The notes: generated by a model not told the origin, from the letters alone. A stretch of DNA of 64,000 bases from Desulfuromonadales bacterium (GCA_033549025.1 JAWSUS010000001.1:1-64000); one strand, 5' to 3'. Counted from the stretch's first letter, positions 35,546 to 45,682 are shown. Numbers and translations: made by a program.

Positions 35546-36967
35546 ATGCAACTGACGCTACTGGGCACCACCGTCAAAAAGATCGTCGGCTACGGCGCCA
35601 ATCTTTACCATTTTACCGAGGCCGGTCTGGACGTACACACGCAGGCCGAAGGCACCCGGCTGGCCTGGGCTTCGCTGGCCAATGTGACCTGTGGCGCGGT
35701 AAACGACAACGGCATTTATCTCGGCACATCCGCCGCCGGGGTCTATTTTTTGCCGCATTCGTCGGTGTCCACCGGCGGCGACCGGACTGCGGATTTGGTT
35801 CAGCAACTGACGACAACCAGCACTCCGGCCCTGCTTAGCAATGCCGTAACCGGGCTAGTAGGCAGAGGGACGAAGCTGCTCGCCACGACTGGCGGCGGTG
35901 TCAACTATCTGCCTGACACGCTCACCGTGTACAAATACACGGATGTAGCAGGATGTTCGGCCCCGGCAATCTCCACTACGGCCATCGCGTATGTTGCGAG
36001 CGATGGGATCGCCTACACCAAGGCATACCCTTCAGCAGATTGGGCCACAGCAACAGGGGTCCCCTTGGCGACGAATCCTTTCTTGAGTTTTGATGGAGTT
36101 GATGACAATGTAAATTGCGGCGACGTATTAGATATGGGGCTCAGTGACCGGACATATGAAATATGGCTGAGAACAACGCAGTCCGTCAGTTCATTCTGCC
36201 TATCAAAATCTATATCGAAGGTCGAACCCTGTAGATGGGGGCTAGCACCTGTATTCGATAACGGAAAACCTTTATTCTTTTCCAACTTTGTGAACGTCGA
36301 TATTCTTACGGAAGCCACAACTGCCGTCAACGACGGCGCATGGCATCATCTAGCCGTGACTATTGACCGCAGCGCGAACATAACCCTTTATGTTGATGGA
36401 GTTGCGGAAGCGGTTACAGACATATCAGCCCATGCAGCTGTTGATTTCCAGAGTGCCAATTTTTTCCGCATAGGAGCCTATACGGGGTCCACTGTGTCCT
36501 CCACTACTTGGCTCTTCGACGGGGACATATCCGAAGTCCGAGTATGGGACATGGCACTGTCTCCGACTGATATCCAGAATAACATGTACGCCACTTTAAC
36601 AGGCTCGGAACCCGGCCTTTTGGCCTTGTACAACTTCGAGGATACTGGGTCGACTCTGACCGATAGCGCCGGGACGAATGATGGTCTCATTACCGGAGGG
36701 ACCTGGGGTAATGAGCCAGTGCCGCCGGAGGCCATTAATGATCTATCGTATGGCGGCGACCTGTTTGCGGCTACGGATGACGGGGTAATTGTCTGGGACG
36801 GATTTAGCTCCAAAACCCTCACGACCGAACTCGGCACGGTACAGAATGTGGTGGCCATCCACCCCGGCAGCACGGCGACCAAAACCACCGGCTATCTCGC
36901 CTATGGCACTAGTGACGGAGTGGATGGTGGGCAGTTCGGTGTGCTCAATATGGCGGAGGTGCCCTGA
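35546..36967 (+). CDS. Tail protein with inserted LamG-like domain (putative receptor binding)
   Basis: LSFDGVDD, TYEIWLR, DGAWHHLAVT, LYVDG, FDGDISEVRVWD. Confidence 0.8.
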   Translation: MQLTLLGTTVKKIVGYGANLYHFTEAGLDVHTQAEGTRLAWASLANVTCGAVNDNGIYLGTSAAGVYFLPHSSVSTGGDRTADLVQQLTTTSTPALLSNAVTGLVGRGTKLLATTGGGVNYLPDTLTVYKYTDVAGCSAPAISTTAIAYVASDGIAYTKAYPSADWATATGVPLATNPFLSFDGVDDNVNCGDVLDMGLSDRTYEIWLRTTQSVSSFCLSKSISKVEPCRWGLAPVFDNGKPLFFSNFVNVDILTEATTAVNDGAWHHLAVTIDRSANITLYVDGVAEAVTDISAHAAVDFQSANFFRIGAYTGSTVSSTTWLFDGDISEVRVWDMALSPTDIQNNMYATLTGSEPGLLALYNFEDTGSTLTDSAGTNDGLITGGTWGNEPVPPEAINDLSYGGDLFAATDDGVIVWDGFSSKTLTTELGTVQNVVAIHPGSTATKTTGYLAYGTSDGVDGGQFGVLNMAEVP

Positions 36968-37857
36968 TGAACCCTATCTCTGGAGATGTGCAGGCCGTCT
37001 GGGTCTCCGATGACGGCAGCCTGGCCGCCTATGATGATAACCTGATATCGACCTCGGCACCGCCTGCCGGCGTGACGGTAGTCACCACCACCGCCGGCGA
37101 CACCACCGCCTGCTGGCTTGACCCGCAGGTGCAGGCGGCGATCAGGGGCGCCATCCTGGTGCAGTATGCCCAGATCGCAGCAGCATCACCCGCCAATGGC
37201 GCCCGCGAAGTGCGGCGGGACTGGTCTCTGTACGCCGAGGTCACCGACAGTCTGGGTGGCATCGCCAGCGTCACCCTCACGATCAACGGGCAGGAAGTAA
37301 CGCCCACCCTCACGGCCATCACCAACGGCTATCGGGTCGAGTACACCCCGGCCAGCCCATCAGGATACCGCGAGACAGTCCGCGTGGCCCTGTCGGCCAT
37401 CGATGCGCACGGCTTCACCATCACCGAGCAATGGAGCTTTATCACCGCTGCCGCGCCCGTGGCCACCGTCAGCAGCGCCCCTCCGCCCAACGTGGTCTGC
37501 ATCCGCGATATCGGCCTGACCGCTGCCGAGGCCGACGACACGGTGAGCGGGGTGCCGGTGGTCTGGCTGGAGGATATCGTGTCACCTTTGATTGTCACTG
37601 ACATCCAAGCCTCTCGGGTTGGTAAAGTAGCGATCGACGGGGTGACCTTTCACGAATGGCGGCTGTCGGCGGCTTTTTTGCCTGCCGACGCTGATGGGGT
37701 TCCCGCTCGTACCTTGAGATGTGGTGAGACTGTGGCTGTGTCGGTACCGGCGCTCGGGTTGGTGTCGCAGGCATGCGTGTTACTGGCGAAGACCCGCGCA
37801 GCTAGCGGCGGGGTAGTGCGCTATCAGCTTTCATTGGCCTATTTTGAGGCGGCGTGA
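36967..37857 (+). CDS. Tail-associated protein with Ig-like segment
   Basis: GGAGG RBS; PANGAREV...WSFIT. Confidence 0.65.
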   Translation: MNPISGDVQAVWVSDDGSLAAYDDNLISTSAPPAGVTVVTTTAGDTTACWLDPQVQAAIRGAILVQYAQIAAASPANGAREVRRDWSLYAEVTDSLGGIASVTLTINGQEVTPTLTAITNGYRVEYTPASPSGYRETVRVALSAIDAHGFTITEQWSFITAAAPVATVSSAPPPNVVCIRDIGLTAAEADDTVSGVPVVWLEDIVSPLIVTDIQASRVGKVAIDGVTFHEWRLSAAFLPADADGVPARTLRCGETVAVSVPALGLVSQACVLLAKTRAASGGVVRYQLSLAYFEAA

Positions 37858-38105
37858 ACATGGTCTTAAGGGACATTAAAAACAGCTTTACAGTCGACCA
37901 GGTCAATATTATGCCGGGCAGAATTGTTGCAGTCAGCAGCGCAACAGTCCAGGTTCTGCTGCATTCAGGTAAGATTGTTCGCGCAGTTGGCGTGGAATAT
38001 GGGGTTGGAGAACAGGTGCTGCTACATACCGATGGACGCAGCTATTCTGTGGCGGGATCGGCCATGCGGGCCCCCTTAGATGGAGAGAGGGTCGAACACG
38101 TTTAG
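37854..38105 (+). CDS. Small hypothetical protein (last prophage gene)
   Basis: Coupled GTG start; GRIVAV...GEQVLL. Confidence 0.6.
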   Translation: MNMVLRDIKNSFTVDQVNIMPGRIVAVSSATVQVLLHSGKIVRAVGVEYGVGEQVLLHTDGRSYSVAGSAMRAPLDGERVEHV

Positions 38106-38108
38106 CAA

Positions 38109-38155
38109 GTGCCAAACCGAGCGCAATCCAGTGCCAAAACGCGCGGGGTGTTACA
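38109..38155 (-). repeat. Right-end transposase binding sites and terminal CA
   Basis: GTGCCAAA at 38109 and 38131 (22-bp spacing), each followed by GCGC; terminus TTACA at 38155. Confidence 0.75.
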
Positions 38156-38186
38156 AAACGGCAGGCACATTCCAGGCACAGAGCAT

Positions 38187-38220
38187 AAAAAAGGGGTTAG
38201 CGACATATCGCTAACCCCTT
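38187..38220 (-). terminator. Terminator of tRNA-Val
   Basis: AAGGGGTTAGCGA/TCGCTAACCCCTT + T-run on the minus strand. Confidence 0.75.
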
Positions 38221-38229
38221 GATTTTTTA

Positions 38230-38304
38230 TGGTGGGCGTTATTGGGATTGAACCAATGACCCCTGCCGTGTGAAGGCAGTGCTCTCCCGCTGAGCTAAAC
38301 GCCC
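38230..38304 (-). tRNA. tRNA-Val(CAC)
   Basis: Full cloverleaf GGGCGTT...AACGCCC-ACCA, anticodon arm CTGCC-TTCACAC-GGCAG. Confidence 0.96.
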
Positions 38305-38352
38305 CTTGGTGGGAGGTCTTTATAGCAATTTGAAGCCGAAAGTGTCAACCGT

Positions 38353-39306
38353 TTATTCAGTATCCAGCTTAAGGCTGTGCTGCAGAATCTGCTCGACGGC
38401 ACTGTAGGGGTCGACCTCGCGGCGGGCGATAGCCTGGATGGTCTCAGACAGACGGTTATCGGCATGCAGGTGGCTGTAAACCTGGAGGAACAGGGCATCC
38501 TTGAGCAATTCGGTGAAATGGGTCGCGCTTTTGTTTTCTTCAAAATGCGTCATCTCACCGCTCTGCACCAGATGCGCGTGGTGGGCCTCTATCTTGTCGA
38601 TGAGTTCGGCGATGCCATCCTGACGAGCGGCCACGGTCTTGACGACGGGCGGCCACCATTTGCCTTCAGGGGGATGATTCATCTCTATCATGACTTCGAG
38701 ATCGCGAACGGTGCGATCGGCGTCAGGGCGATCGGCCTTGTTGACGGCAAAGACGTCACCGATTTCCAGAATCCCGGCCTTGATGGCCTGGATATCGTCG
38801 CCAAGGCCCGGAACGCTCACCACCACGGAAGTATGGGCCGTGCGCACGATCTCGACTTCGTCCTGGCCGACGCCGACGGTCTCGACGATGATGATCTCCC
38901 AGCCCATGGCGTCGAAAACATTGACGATGTCGGCGGTGGAGTTGGACAGGCCGCCGAGATGGCCGCGGGTGCCGAGGGAGCGAATGAAGACGCCGTCGTC
39001 GGAAGAGTGGCGGTTCATCCGGATGCGGTCGCCGAGGATGGCGCCACCGGTAAAGGGGCTGGTCGGGTCGATGGCGACCACGGCGACGGTCTTGCCTTTT
39101 TTGCGGTAGGCCTCAATGACCTTGTCGGTCAGGGTGGATTTGCCGGCGCCGGGCGGACCGGTGATGCCGATGATGTAGGCGCGCCCGGTATGCGGGTAGA
39201 GCTTTTTCAGTTCTTCGGTGGCGCTGGGCATGCCGTCATCGATATCGCGCATGAGGCGCGCGGCAGAGCGGATGTCGCCTTGAAGTATTTTGTCGGCAAG
39301 TGACAT
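38353..39306 (-). CDS. meaB: Methylmalonyl-CoA mutase-associated GTPase MeaB/ArgK
   Basis: GITGPPGAGKST, GGAILGDRIRM, ETVGVGQDE, NKAD. Confidence 0.95.
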   Translation of the reverse strand: MSLADKILQGDIRSAARLMRDIDDGMPSATEELKKLYPHTGRAYIIGITGPPGAGKSTLTDKVIEAYRKKGKTVAVVAIDPTSPFTGGAILGDRIRMNRHSSDDGVFIRSLGTRGHLGGLSNSTADIVNVFDAMGWEIIIVETVGVGQDEVEIVRTAHTSVVVSVPGLGDDIQAIKAGILEIGDVFAVNKADRPDADRTVRDLEVMIEMNHPPEGKWWPPVVKTVAARQDGIAELIDKIEAHHAHLVQSGEMTHFEENKSATHFTELLKDALFLQVYSHLHADNRLSETIQAIARREVDPYSAVEQILQHSLKLDTE

Positions 39307-39331
39307 GACAGGAGGATTCCTTTTCTGTGAA

Positions 39332-40486
39332 TTAAGACAAGGGTCCGAGAAGTTCGCGGGCGATCACCAGGCGCTGCATCTCGCTGGTGCCTTCACCAAG
39401 CTCACAGGCCTTGGCATCGCGCAGGTAGCGCTCAACAGGAAATTGCCGCAGGTAACCGTAGCCGCCGTGAATCTGCAAGGCAGTGTTGGCGGCACGGGTG
39501 GCCACCTCGGAAGCCTGGAGCTTGGCCATGGCGGCTTCGCGGGTACCCTTCTCCCCGGCGGTTATCATGGCGGCGGCACGCCATACCAGCAGACGGGCGG
39601 CGTCTATTTCAGTGGCCATGTCGGCCAACATCCACTGGATAGCCTGGGCTTTGCCGATAGGCTGACCGAACTGCTTTCGGCGGCGGGCATAGGCCAGGGC
39701 TTCTTCGAGACAGGCACGAGCGATACCGATGGCCATGGCGGCCATACCGACACGACCCCGGTCGAGCACGGCCATAATATCGGCAAAGGCCTTGCCCTCA
39801 CGGCCAAGGAGCGCCTCATCAGGTAGCTGGACATTTTTCAACAGCAGCGAAGTGGTATCGGAAGACCGGCAGCCCATCTTTTTGAGTTTGGCGCCACGTT
39901 TGACCCCGGCGGATTCCGCCGGCACCAGAAAGGCGCTGATGCCCGCGTGCCGCTTGCCCTCCTGGCTGGAGGTTCGGGCCAGGACGATGAAAAGGCCGGC
40001 AACGGAGCCCAGGGTGACGAACATCTTGCTACCGTTCAGACGCCACCCTTCCCTCGTGCGTTCCGCCTGCGTCTGCAGAGAGGCGGCGTCACTGCCGGTG
40101 GTGGTCTCGCTGAGCGCCCAGGCCCCCAGCATTTCGCCGCTCGCCAGCGCAGGCAGATAACGCTCTTTCTGTTTTGAGGTTCCGCTTATCTTAAGGTGCC
40201 CAGCGGCCAGGGTATTGTGCGCCGTCAGCGTCAGGGCCGTGCCGCCATCATAGCGGGCGATCTCCTCCAGGACAATGGCATAACTGAGCAGGTCAAGCTC
40301 CAATCCACCGTACTGACGCGGGATGGCCATGCCCAACAAGCCTTCGGCAGCCAGCGCATCAATCGCGGCGCGGGGGAAAACCTCCGCTTCGTCCCACCGG
40401 GCCGAATGGGGGGCAATGTGCTGCTGCGCCAACTGACGGATGCGGTCACGCAACTTCTTCTGCTCGTCATTCAGGTCAAAAATCAT
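39332..40486 (-). CDS. Acyl-CoA dehydrogenase
   Basis: WALSE..GSD, LNGSKMFVT, QIHGGYGY, GEGTSEMQR. Confidence 0.95.
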   Translation of the reverse strand: MIFDLNDEQKKLRDRIRQLAQQHIAPHSARWDEAEVFPRAAIDALAAEGLLGMAIPRQYGGLELDLLSYAIVLEEIARYDGGTALTLTAHNTLAAGHLKISGTSKQKERYLPALASGEMLGAWALSETTTGSDAASLQTQAERTREGWRLNGSKMFVTLGSVAGLFIVLARTSSQEGKRHAGISAFLVPAESAGVKRGAKLKKMGCRSSDTTSLLLKNVQLPDEALLGREGKAFADIMAVLDRGRVGMAAMAIGIARACLEEALAYARRRKQFGQPIGKAQAIQWMLADMATEIDAARLLVWRAAAMITAGEKGTREAAMAKLQASEVATRAANTALQIHGGYGYLRQFPVERYLRDAKACELGEGTSEMQRLVIARELLGPLS

Positions 40487-40609
40487 GGATCACGGCCATC
40501 TCGGAAGGATAGAAAAGACAGGGCGGCCTCGCTAGCGGCCGCCCCAAAAAGGCGGGCCCTCGCCATGGAGGGCCCTCATACTTGCGTATTGACTCAGAAA
40601 CCTTTGAGG

Positions 40610-41014
40610 TCAGGCCCGGGGCTTGATATTTTCCCGTACCCAGGCGTTGATGTCCTCGGTGCTGGTACCCGGAGTGAAAATTTCCTTGACGCCTACCGCT
40701 TTTAGGCCGGGGATATCGTCTTCCGGAATGATGCCGCCGCCAAAGACGGGCACATCGTCCGCCCCTTTGGACTTGAGCAGCTCGATGACCTTGGCGAACA
40801 GGGTGTTATGCGCCCCGGACAGAATCGAAAGGCTCACCGCGTCGACGTCTTCCTGGATGGCGGTGTTGACAATCTGTTCGGGTGTCTGGCGCAGGCCGGT
40901 GTAGATGACTTCAAAACCGGCATCGCGAAAGGCGCGGGCTACGATTTTGGCGCCGCGGTCATGCCCGTCGAGTCCCGGTTTGGCTACCAGCAATCTAAGT
41001 TTTCTTTCTGCCAT
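40610..41014 (-). CDS. Cobalamin-binding small subunit of an acyl-CoA mutase
   Basis: [12 protein letters not shown] (DxHxxG), SILSGAH, GGIIP. Confidence 0.95.
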   Translation of the reverse strand: MAERKLRLLVAKPGLDGHDRGAKIVARAFRDAGFEVIYTGLRQTPEQIVNTAIQEDVDAVSLSILSGAHNTLFAKVIELLKSKGADDVPVFGGGIIPEDDIPGLKAVGVKEIFTPGTSTEDINAWVRENIKPRA

Positions 41015-41037
41015 TGAGTTCTCTCCTTTTTTTGCCT

Positions 41038-41580
41038 CTATGATTCGATCCCCTCGCGGGCGGGCTGTCCTGAGTTGTAGTAATGCTTCACTTCCCTCAT
41101 TTCAGTCACCAGATCGGCTAAAGCGATGATATCGGGATGAGCGCCGCGACCGGTCATAACCAGTTCGGTGTGCGCGGGTTTCCGACGGATAAGTTCTTTG
41201 ACCTCGTCGACAGGGATGAGACCGAAATCGACGGCACAGTTGAGTTCATCGAGAATGACCAGATCGTAGTCCCCTGACAGCAGAATATCCCGAGCCTTTT
41301 CAAAACCGGCCTGCGCCATGGCGACATCCACCGGGTCAGGATTGGACTTGGACACGAAGGTATCGCGACCGACCTGTTCGATGGTGATTTCGGGCGAGAG
41401 CCGCTTGGCGGATTCCAGTTCGCCATAAACCGTGCTCCCCTTCATGAACTGCAGAATACGCACCTTGAATCCATGCCCGGCCGCCCGAAAAGCCAGCCCG
41501 AGCGAGGCCGTCGTCTTGCCCTTCCCATTGCCGGTATAGATCTGAATCAGGCCTTTTTTGAGGGGATGCCCCTTGCTCAT
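41038..41580 (-). CDS. cobO: Cob(I)alamin adenosyltransferase
   Basis: [30 protein letters not shown]. Confidence 0.95.
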   Translation of the reverse strand: MSKGHPLKKGLIQIYTGNGKGKTTASLGLAFRAAGHGFKVRILQFMKGSTVYGELESAKRLSPEITIEQVGRDTFVSKSNPDPVDVAMAQAGFEKARDILLSGDYDLVILDELNCAVDFGLIPVDEVKELIRRKPAHTELVMTGRGAHPDIIALADLVTEMREVKHYYNSGQPAREGIES

Positions 41581-41984
41581 TGACTTTCTCCCGAGGATGC
41601 TTTGGCCAGCATTTCCGGCGGCAAAGCCACCGGCCGGCGATCCTGCCCGATAACGACATGCACCGTACGCCCTTCGGCCAGCAGGCGCCCTTCCTGATTC
41701 AAGGCGCGATAGCTGAATTCCAGCACCTTGCCCTTGAAACGGTCCAGGGTCGTTTCGATGGTGATTTCATCTTCATAATAGGCGGGTGCCTTGTATTTTA
41801 GCTGCGCTTCGGCCACCACAATGAAATAGCCGGACTTTTCAAAATCGGTGTAGTTGAGACCGCGCTGCCGCAAGAAATCGGAGCGCCCTTCTTCAAACCA
41901 GACAAGATAATTGGAATGATGCACGATTCCCTGAGCATCCGTTTCGGCATAGCGGACGGTCAGACGGCAGGTGGTGGTAGTCAT
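41577..41984 (-). CDS. Acyl-CoA thioesterase (YbgC family)
   Basis: VRYAETDAQGIVHHSNYLVWFE. Confidence 0.9.
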   Translation of the reverse strand: MTTTTCRLTVRYAETDAQGIVHHSNYLVWFEEGRSDFLRQRGLNYTDFEKSGYFIVVAEAQLKYKAPAYYEDEITIETTLDRFKGKVLEFSYRALNQEGRLLAEGRTVHVVIGQDRRPVALPPEMLAKASSGESQ

Positions 41985-42185
41985 GGCATCCTTTTACGGC
42001 AGCCCCATCAGCCCGGTAACCGGAGAGCACAAGGGGTGAAACAGCGGTTGGCATGAAAAGAAACGCTTTTAAGCGCGCTAAAAAGATTTAACAGGCCGAA
42101 AATATAGCAACCACGAAAAAGGGTGTCAAGAAGCTTCACGGAAATCTATAACAACTTTTGATTTACGTGAAAATGGCGCTCAAGG

Positions 42186-43103
42186 CTAGCGCCAACCGGG
42201 ATCGTCACCCTGCAGATTGTCGAGGATATATAGATAGGAATCATAGCGTTCGGCAGGGATCTTTCCCGCCTGCAGACCGCTTCGCACCTGGCAGCCGGGC
42301 TCGTTACGATGAAGGCAATTGCGGAAGCGACAGGGGGTTTGCTGAATATCTTCGAATCCGGGGAAAAAGTGGGCCAATTCCTGTTCCGAAATATCGACCA
42401 GACCGAAATCGCGAAAGCCGGGGGTATCGACCAGTTCGCCGCCGCTGGCCAGCGAATGCAAGGTTGAAACTGTGGTGGTGTGGCGACCGAGGCCGGTATC
42501 TTCACTCAAGTCACCAATGAGGAGATCAATACCTGGCACAAGGGCGTTCAGAAGAGAGCTCTTGCCGACCCCTGAAGTACCGACAAAAACGGCCCGGTGC
42601 CCTTGAGCGAGAAAATGGCGCAATGGGTCCAATCCGGCCCCACTGGCGGCGCTGACCGGAAAAACCGGCATGAGATCGCCATAGACTGCCTGCAGGGCAT
42701 CAAGAAACTCGGCGGTGGCTGGCAGATCGGCCTTGTTGACCACAAGAAACGGATCAATGCCGGCAGCCCGGGCGGCGACAATAGCCCGATCCAGGTAATG
42801 TCGGGGCGGCGGTGGTGTACAGCAGACCACCACGCCCAGCACATCAAGGTTGGCGGCAACCAGGCGGATTTTGCCGCGAGCATCCCGGCGCCGCATCTCC
42901 GTGCGGCGCGGCTGGCGGTGTAGCACCTCCCCACGGACGAGGACCTCGTCCCCCACCACATGACCGGATTGCCGCTTGACCCGCACCTGGCAACTGCGGC
43001 CGTCACCAAACCGTACTTCGACGGCAACACCGTAATGGGCCACGATGACGCCGGATTGACCCACTTCGTTTGAAAGCTTTCCTTTAGGTTGCGGCAACGA
43101 CAT
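42186..43103 (-). CDS. rsgA: Ribosome small subunit-dependent GTPase A
   Basis: NKAD, GTSGVGKSS, GRHTTT, DTPG, CRFRNCLH..EPGC. Confidence 0.95.
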   Translation of the reverse strand: MSLPQPKGKLSNEVGQSGVIVAHYGVAVEVRFGDGRSCQVRVKRQSGHVVGDEVLVRGEVLHRQPRRTEMRRRDARGKIRLVAANLDVLGVVVCCTPPPPRHYLDRAIVAARAAGIDPFLVVNKADLPATAEFLDALQAVYGDLMPVFPVSAASGAGLDPLRHFLAQGHRAVFVGTSGVGKSSLLNALVPGIDLLIGDLSEDTGLGRHTTTVSTLHSLASGGELVDTPGFRDFGLVDISEQELAHFFPGFEDIQQTPCRFRNCLHRNEPGCQVRSGLQAGKIPAERYDSYLYILDNLQGDDPGWR

Positions 43104-43427
43104 CTCCTCGCTTAAATGAGCCGCTGAAGCTCATCGGTTTCCGTGGCGGGTGAGAGTATAGATTCTTCCAGGCCGCCGGCAAAGAATAAACGACACACGG
43201 AAAAAGGGTTTAATTTCGGCCTTTGATCCTTTTTTGTCCTCATTCAACGATTTCAGCACCCCATAGAACCCGACATAGACACGTCCAACCTATTGATATC
43301 AGGTGGACACTACCAGACATCGCTCAAAATGACGATAGATATCGAATGAAACTTCGTGCGACGCCGCCTATAGTGATGTCAACACGAAAGCACCACAAAC
43401 GAAAAACAACCAAAGGAGGTATCTGCC

Positions 43428-43700
43428 ATGCAAAAAATGTTCGCGCTACTGTCCGCCATCGCCCTGCTTTCTATTGCCGTAATCGCTACGGCGAGCGACA
43501 CCGTTGTTCTGGAAAACAAACGGGGAGCGGTCACCTTTAACCACAAGGCACACAGCGAATCCATCAGCTGCGACACCTGCCACGGCAGCGGGGAACCTGC
43601 CAAAATCGAATTCGATATGAAATCGGCTCATGCGCTGTGCAAGACCTGCCATGAACAAAAAAATGGTCCGACGAAATGTAATGATTGCCATCATAAGTAA
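43428..43700 (+). CDS. Triheme periplasmic cytochrome c7 (PpcA family)
   Basis: Signal peptide, VTFNHKAH, three CxxCH, GPTKC. Confidence 0.92.
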   Translation: MQKMFALLSAIALLSIAVIATASDTVVLENKRGAVTFNHKAHSESISCDTCHGSGEPAKIEFDMKSAHALCKTCHEQKNGPTKCNDCHHK

Positions 43701-43776
43701 TTCGTTATATAGTGATGCGATTTTTAACAAAGGCTGTCCTTGAAAAACAGCCTGAAAACAACACGGAGGTTTTCTG

Positions 43777-44103
43777 ATGCGTAACATGATTAAAGTACTG
43801 GCCGCTTGTCTTCTGGTCGCTTTCGTTGCCACTTCTGCCCTGGCCGTAACCGGTGGGAACCCCAAAAAGGGGAAATATCTCTACAAGAAAAACTGCAAAT
43901 CCTGCCATACCGAAGGTGCTGAAGGCGGCAACCTGACTCCGCTGAGCAAGACCATGGCCCAGTGGGACCGCTTCTTCGAGCGTGACAAGCACGCTGCCAA
44001 GCCCGAAGCTTTCGAGGGCATCAGCGAGAAAGACCTGCTCGACATTCAGCAGTTCCTCTATGACCATGCCGCCGACGGCCCTCAGCCCCAGACCTGCGGC
44101 TAA
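43777..44103 (+). CDS. Monoheme cytochrome c
   Basis: Signal peptide, single CKSCH. Confidence 0.88.
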   Translation: MRNMIKVLAACLLVAFVATSALAVTGGNPKKGKYLYKKNCKSCHTEGAEGGNLTPLSKTMAQWDRFFERDKHAAKPEAFEGISEKDLLDIQQFLYDHAADGPQPQTCG

Positions 44104-44128
44104 TTGCCAGACGCACAAAGAAACAAAT

Positions 44129-44166
44129 AAAAAATGGGAGCGGCCACATGCCGCTCCCATTTTTTT
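44129..44166. terminator. Bidirectional terminator
   Basis: A-run, TGGGAGCGGC/GCCGCTCCCA, T-run between convergent genes. Confidence 0.8.
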
Positions 44167-44175
44167 GTCTGCCCT

Positions 44176-44880
44176 TCACCGAAAACTGATTTTTTTCACC
44201 CCCGGCATCTTGCTGATGACAGCGGTCAGCTCTTTGCCAATGCGCCGGTGATGGTTGGTCACTACCACATCGATCCTCACCTCGTCATGCTCCAGATCCG
44301 TCGTCATTTCCAGGTCGCTCACCCGAAGCTTCATCTCGCCAAACAAAGCCTCCAGATCGTCACAGAAAGCCTCCCGGTTGCAGGCGAGGACACTGAGCTT
44401 GAGATAGCGATCCTTGCCAATAAAAGGTTCAAGCTTCTTGAGAAACATCAGGCTCAGCAAAGCCAGAACCGTGCTGAGGATGGCCGGGAAGTAAAGTCCC
44501 ATGCCGATAGACATGCCGATGCCGGCAACGAGCCACAGACAGGCCGCCGTAGTCAGGCCACGAACCGAAATCCCTTCCTTGAGAATAACCCCGGCCCCGA
44601 GAAAACCGATGCCGGTGACGATCTGCGCGGCGACGCGGGCCGGGTCGAGGCGAACGACCGAGGTTCCCGGGATGTCTCCGTATTTGATAAAAAACGCCTC
44701 CGACACCACCATCATCAGACAAGAGCCGACGGTCACCAGCAGGTGGGTCCGCAAGCCCGCAGGACGCCCGTGTTTTTCACGCTCCAGGCCGATGAGTCCT
44801 CCGGCCAGGGCGGCCAAAAGGATTTTCGCGATCACTTCCAGTTCGTAATATCCCAAGTGCAGGGCAGATAACCAGGTCAT
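44176..44880 (-). CDS. MgtC/SapB family protein
   Basis: IGLERE, AGLRTH, RVAAQIVTGIGFLGAG, GLTTAA. Confidence 0.93.
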   Translation of the reverse strand: MTWLSALHLGYYELEVIAKILLAALAGGLIGLEREKHGRPAGLRTHLLVTVGSCLMMVVSEAFFIKYGDIPGTSVVRLDPARVAAQIVTGIGFLGAGVILKEGISVRGLTTAACLWLVAGIGMSIGMGLYFPAILSTVLALLSLMFLKKLEPFIGKDRYLKLSVLACNREAFCDDLEALFGEMKLRVSDLEMTTDLEHDEVRIDVVVTNHHRRIGKELTAVISKMPGVKKISFR

Positions 44881-45278
44881 GGCTGCTCCACTCGAAAAAC
44901 CTTGGCTTGCGCCTTGGCGTATACCTGATCCTCAATCTTCAGTTCGGCCTGGACCAAAAGGATCCTCTTCTTCTCTTCAGTGATTTCCGCCGTGACCACA
45001 ACCTCCCGCTGGGTTGGGACAGGTCGCAGGTATTTGACGGCGATCTCCGCGGTAACAAAATGGTCACCGATGGAGCGGCAGGCGTAAATACAGGTTTCAT
45101 CCAGCAAGGTTGCGATGATTCCGCCATGCACGATATCCTGCCACCCCTGAAAGGATGCGGGGATACTCACCTTGCCGACCGCACTGCGCCTATCTTTATC
45201 GATAGAGAAGTGCACTTTAAGGCCGATTGGGTTGTCGGCGCCGCACACAAAACATTGCCCATCATCCAAAATCTCCAT
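44877..45278 (-). CDS. PaaI-family thioesterase
   Basis: CFVCGADNPIGL, HGGIIATLLDE. Confidence 0.9.
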   Translation of the reverse strand: MEILDDGQCFVCGADNPIGLKVHFSIDKDRRSAVGKVSIPASFQGWQDIVHGGIIATLLDETCIYACRSIGDHFVTAEIAVKYLRPVPTQREVVVTAEITEEKKRILLVQAELKIEDQVYAKAQAKVFRVEQP

Positions 45279-45621
45279 ACTCTCTCCTCTTTCTACGCAC
45301 TGGCGATTTGATCAAACCTGTCTGTCGCTTCAGCTCGTTTTTTCTCTCGCCAACCGGGCAGGACAGAACGCCGCCGAGCCACAGCTGCCTGCGGCAATAT
45401 ACCATGGATAAAAAAATCATTCATCGCTTGCAATAACTTTTTTATTGAAATTTCAGTGAGTTGAAACCAGCGATGCAAAAGAGGCCCCGGTCTCCTATTT
45501 TAGGATGGATATTCTATTCATACATTGCCGGCAACCTCGGCCATCAAAGCATTACTGTAATTTCTGACTTTTATCATTTGATTTCAATAGGATAGAAACA
45601 ACATTCCTGGTTTTTCATTTT

Positions 45622-45637
45622 TGGCACAGAGCATGCT
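45622..45637 (+). promoter_or_regulatory. Sigma54 -24/-12 promoter
   Basis: TGGCAC-AGAGC-ATGCT in an AT-rich intergenic region. Confidence 0.7.
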
Positions 45638-45682
45638 CTTACTATAAATCAAAAGGGAGAGAGAAATCCCGCAGGAGGAGTT

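Larger units (their letters stand above)
1952..38155 (+). mobile_element. Mu-like transposable prophage (siphoviral-type tail), apparently complete
   Basis: c-ner-A-B-gam-gemA-lysis-terminase-portal-F-G-I-T-tail gene order; TG...CA ends with TGGCA at positions 20-24 from each end; left boundary less certain than right. Confidence 0.9.

Noticed and set aside
33357..38105. Diversity-generating retroelement or Gin-type invertible segment in the tail region
   Set aside because: No reverse transcriptase, recombinase, adenine-variant repeat pair or inverted crossover sites seen
41985..42185. Cobalamin riboswitch upstream of the B12 operon
   Set aside because: No recognisable B12-box or conserved core on the minus strand; an Rfam scan would be decisive
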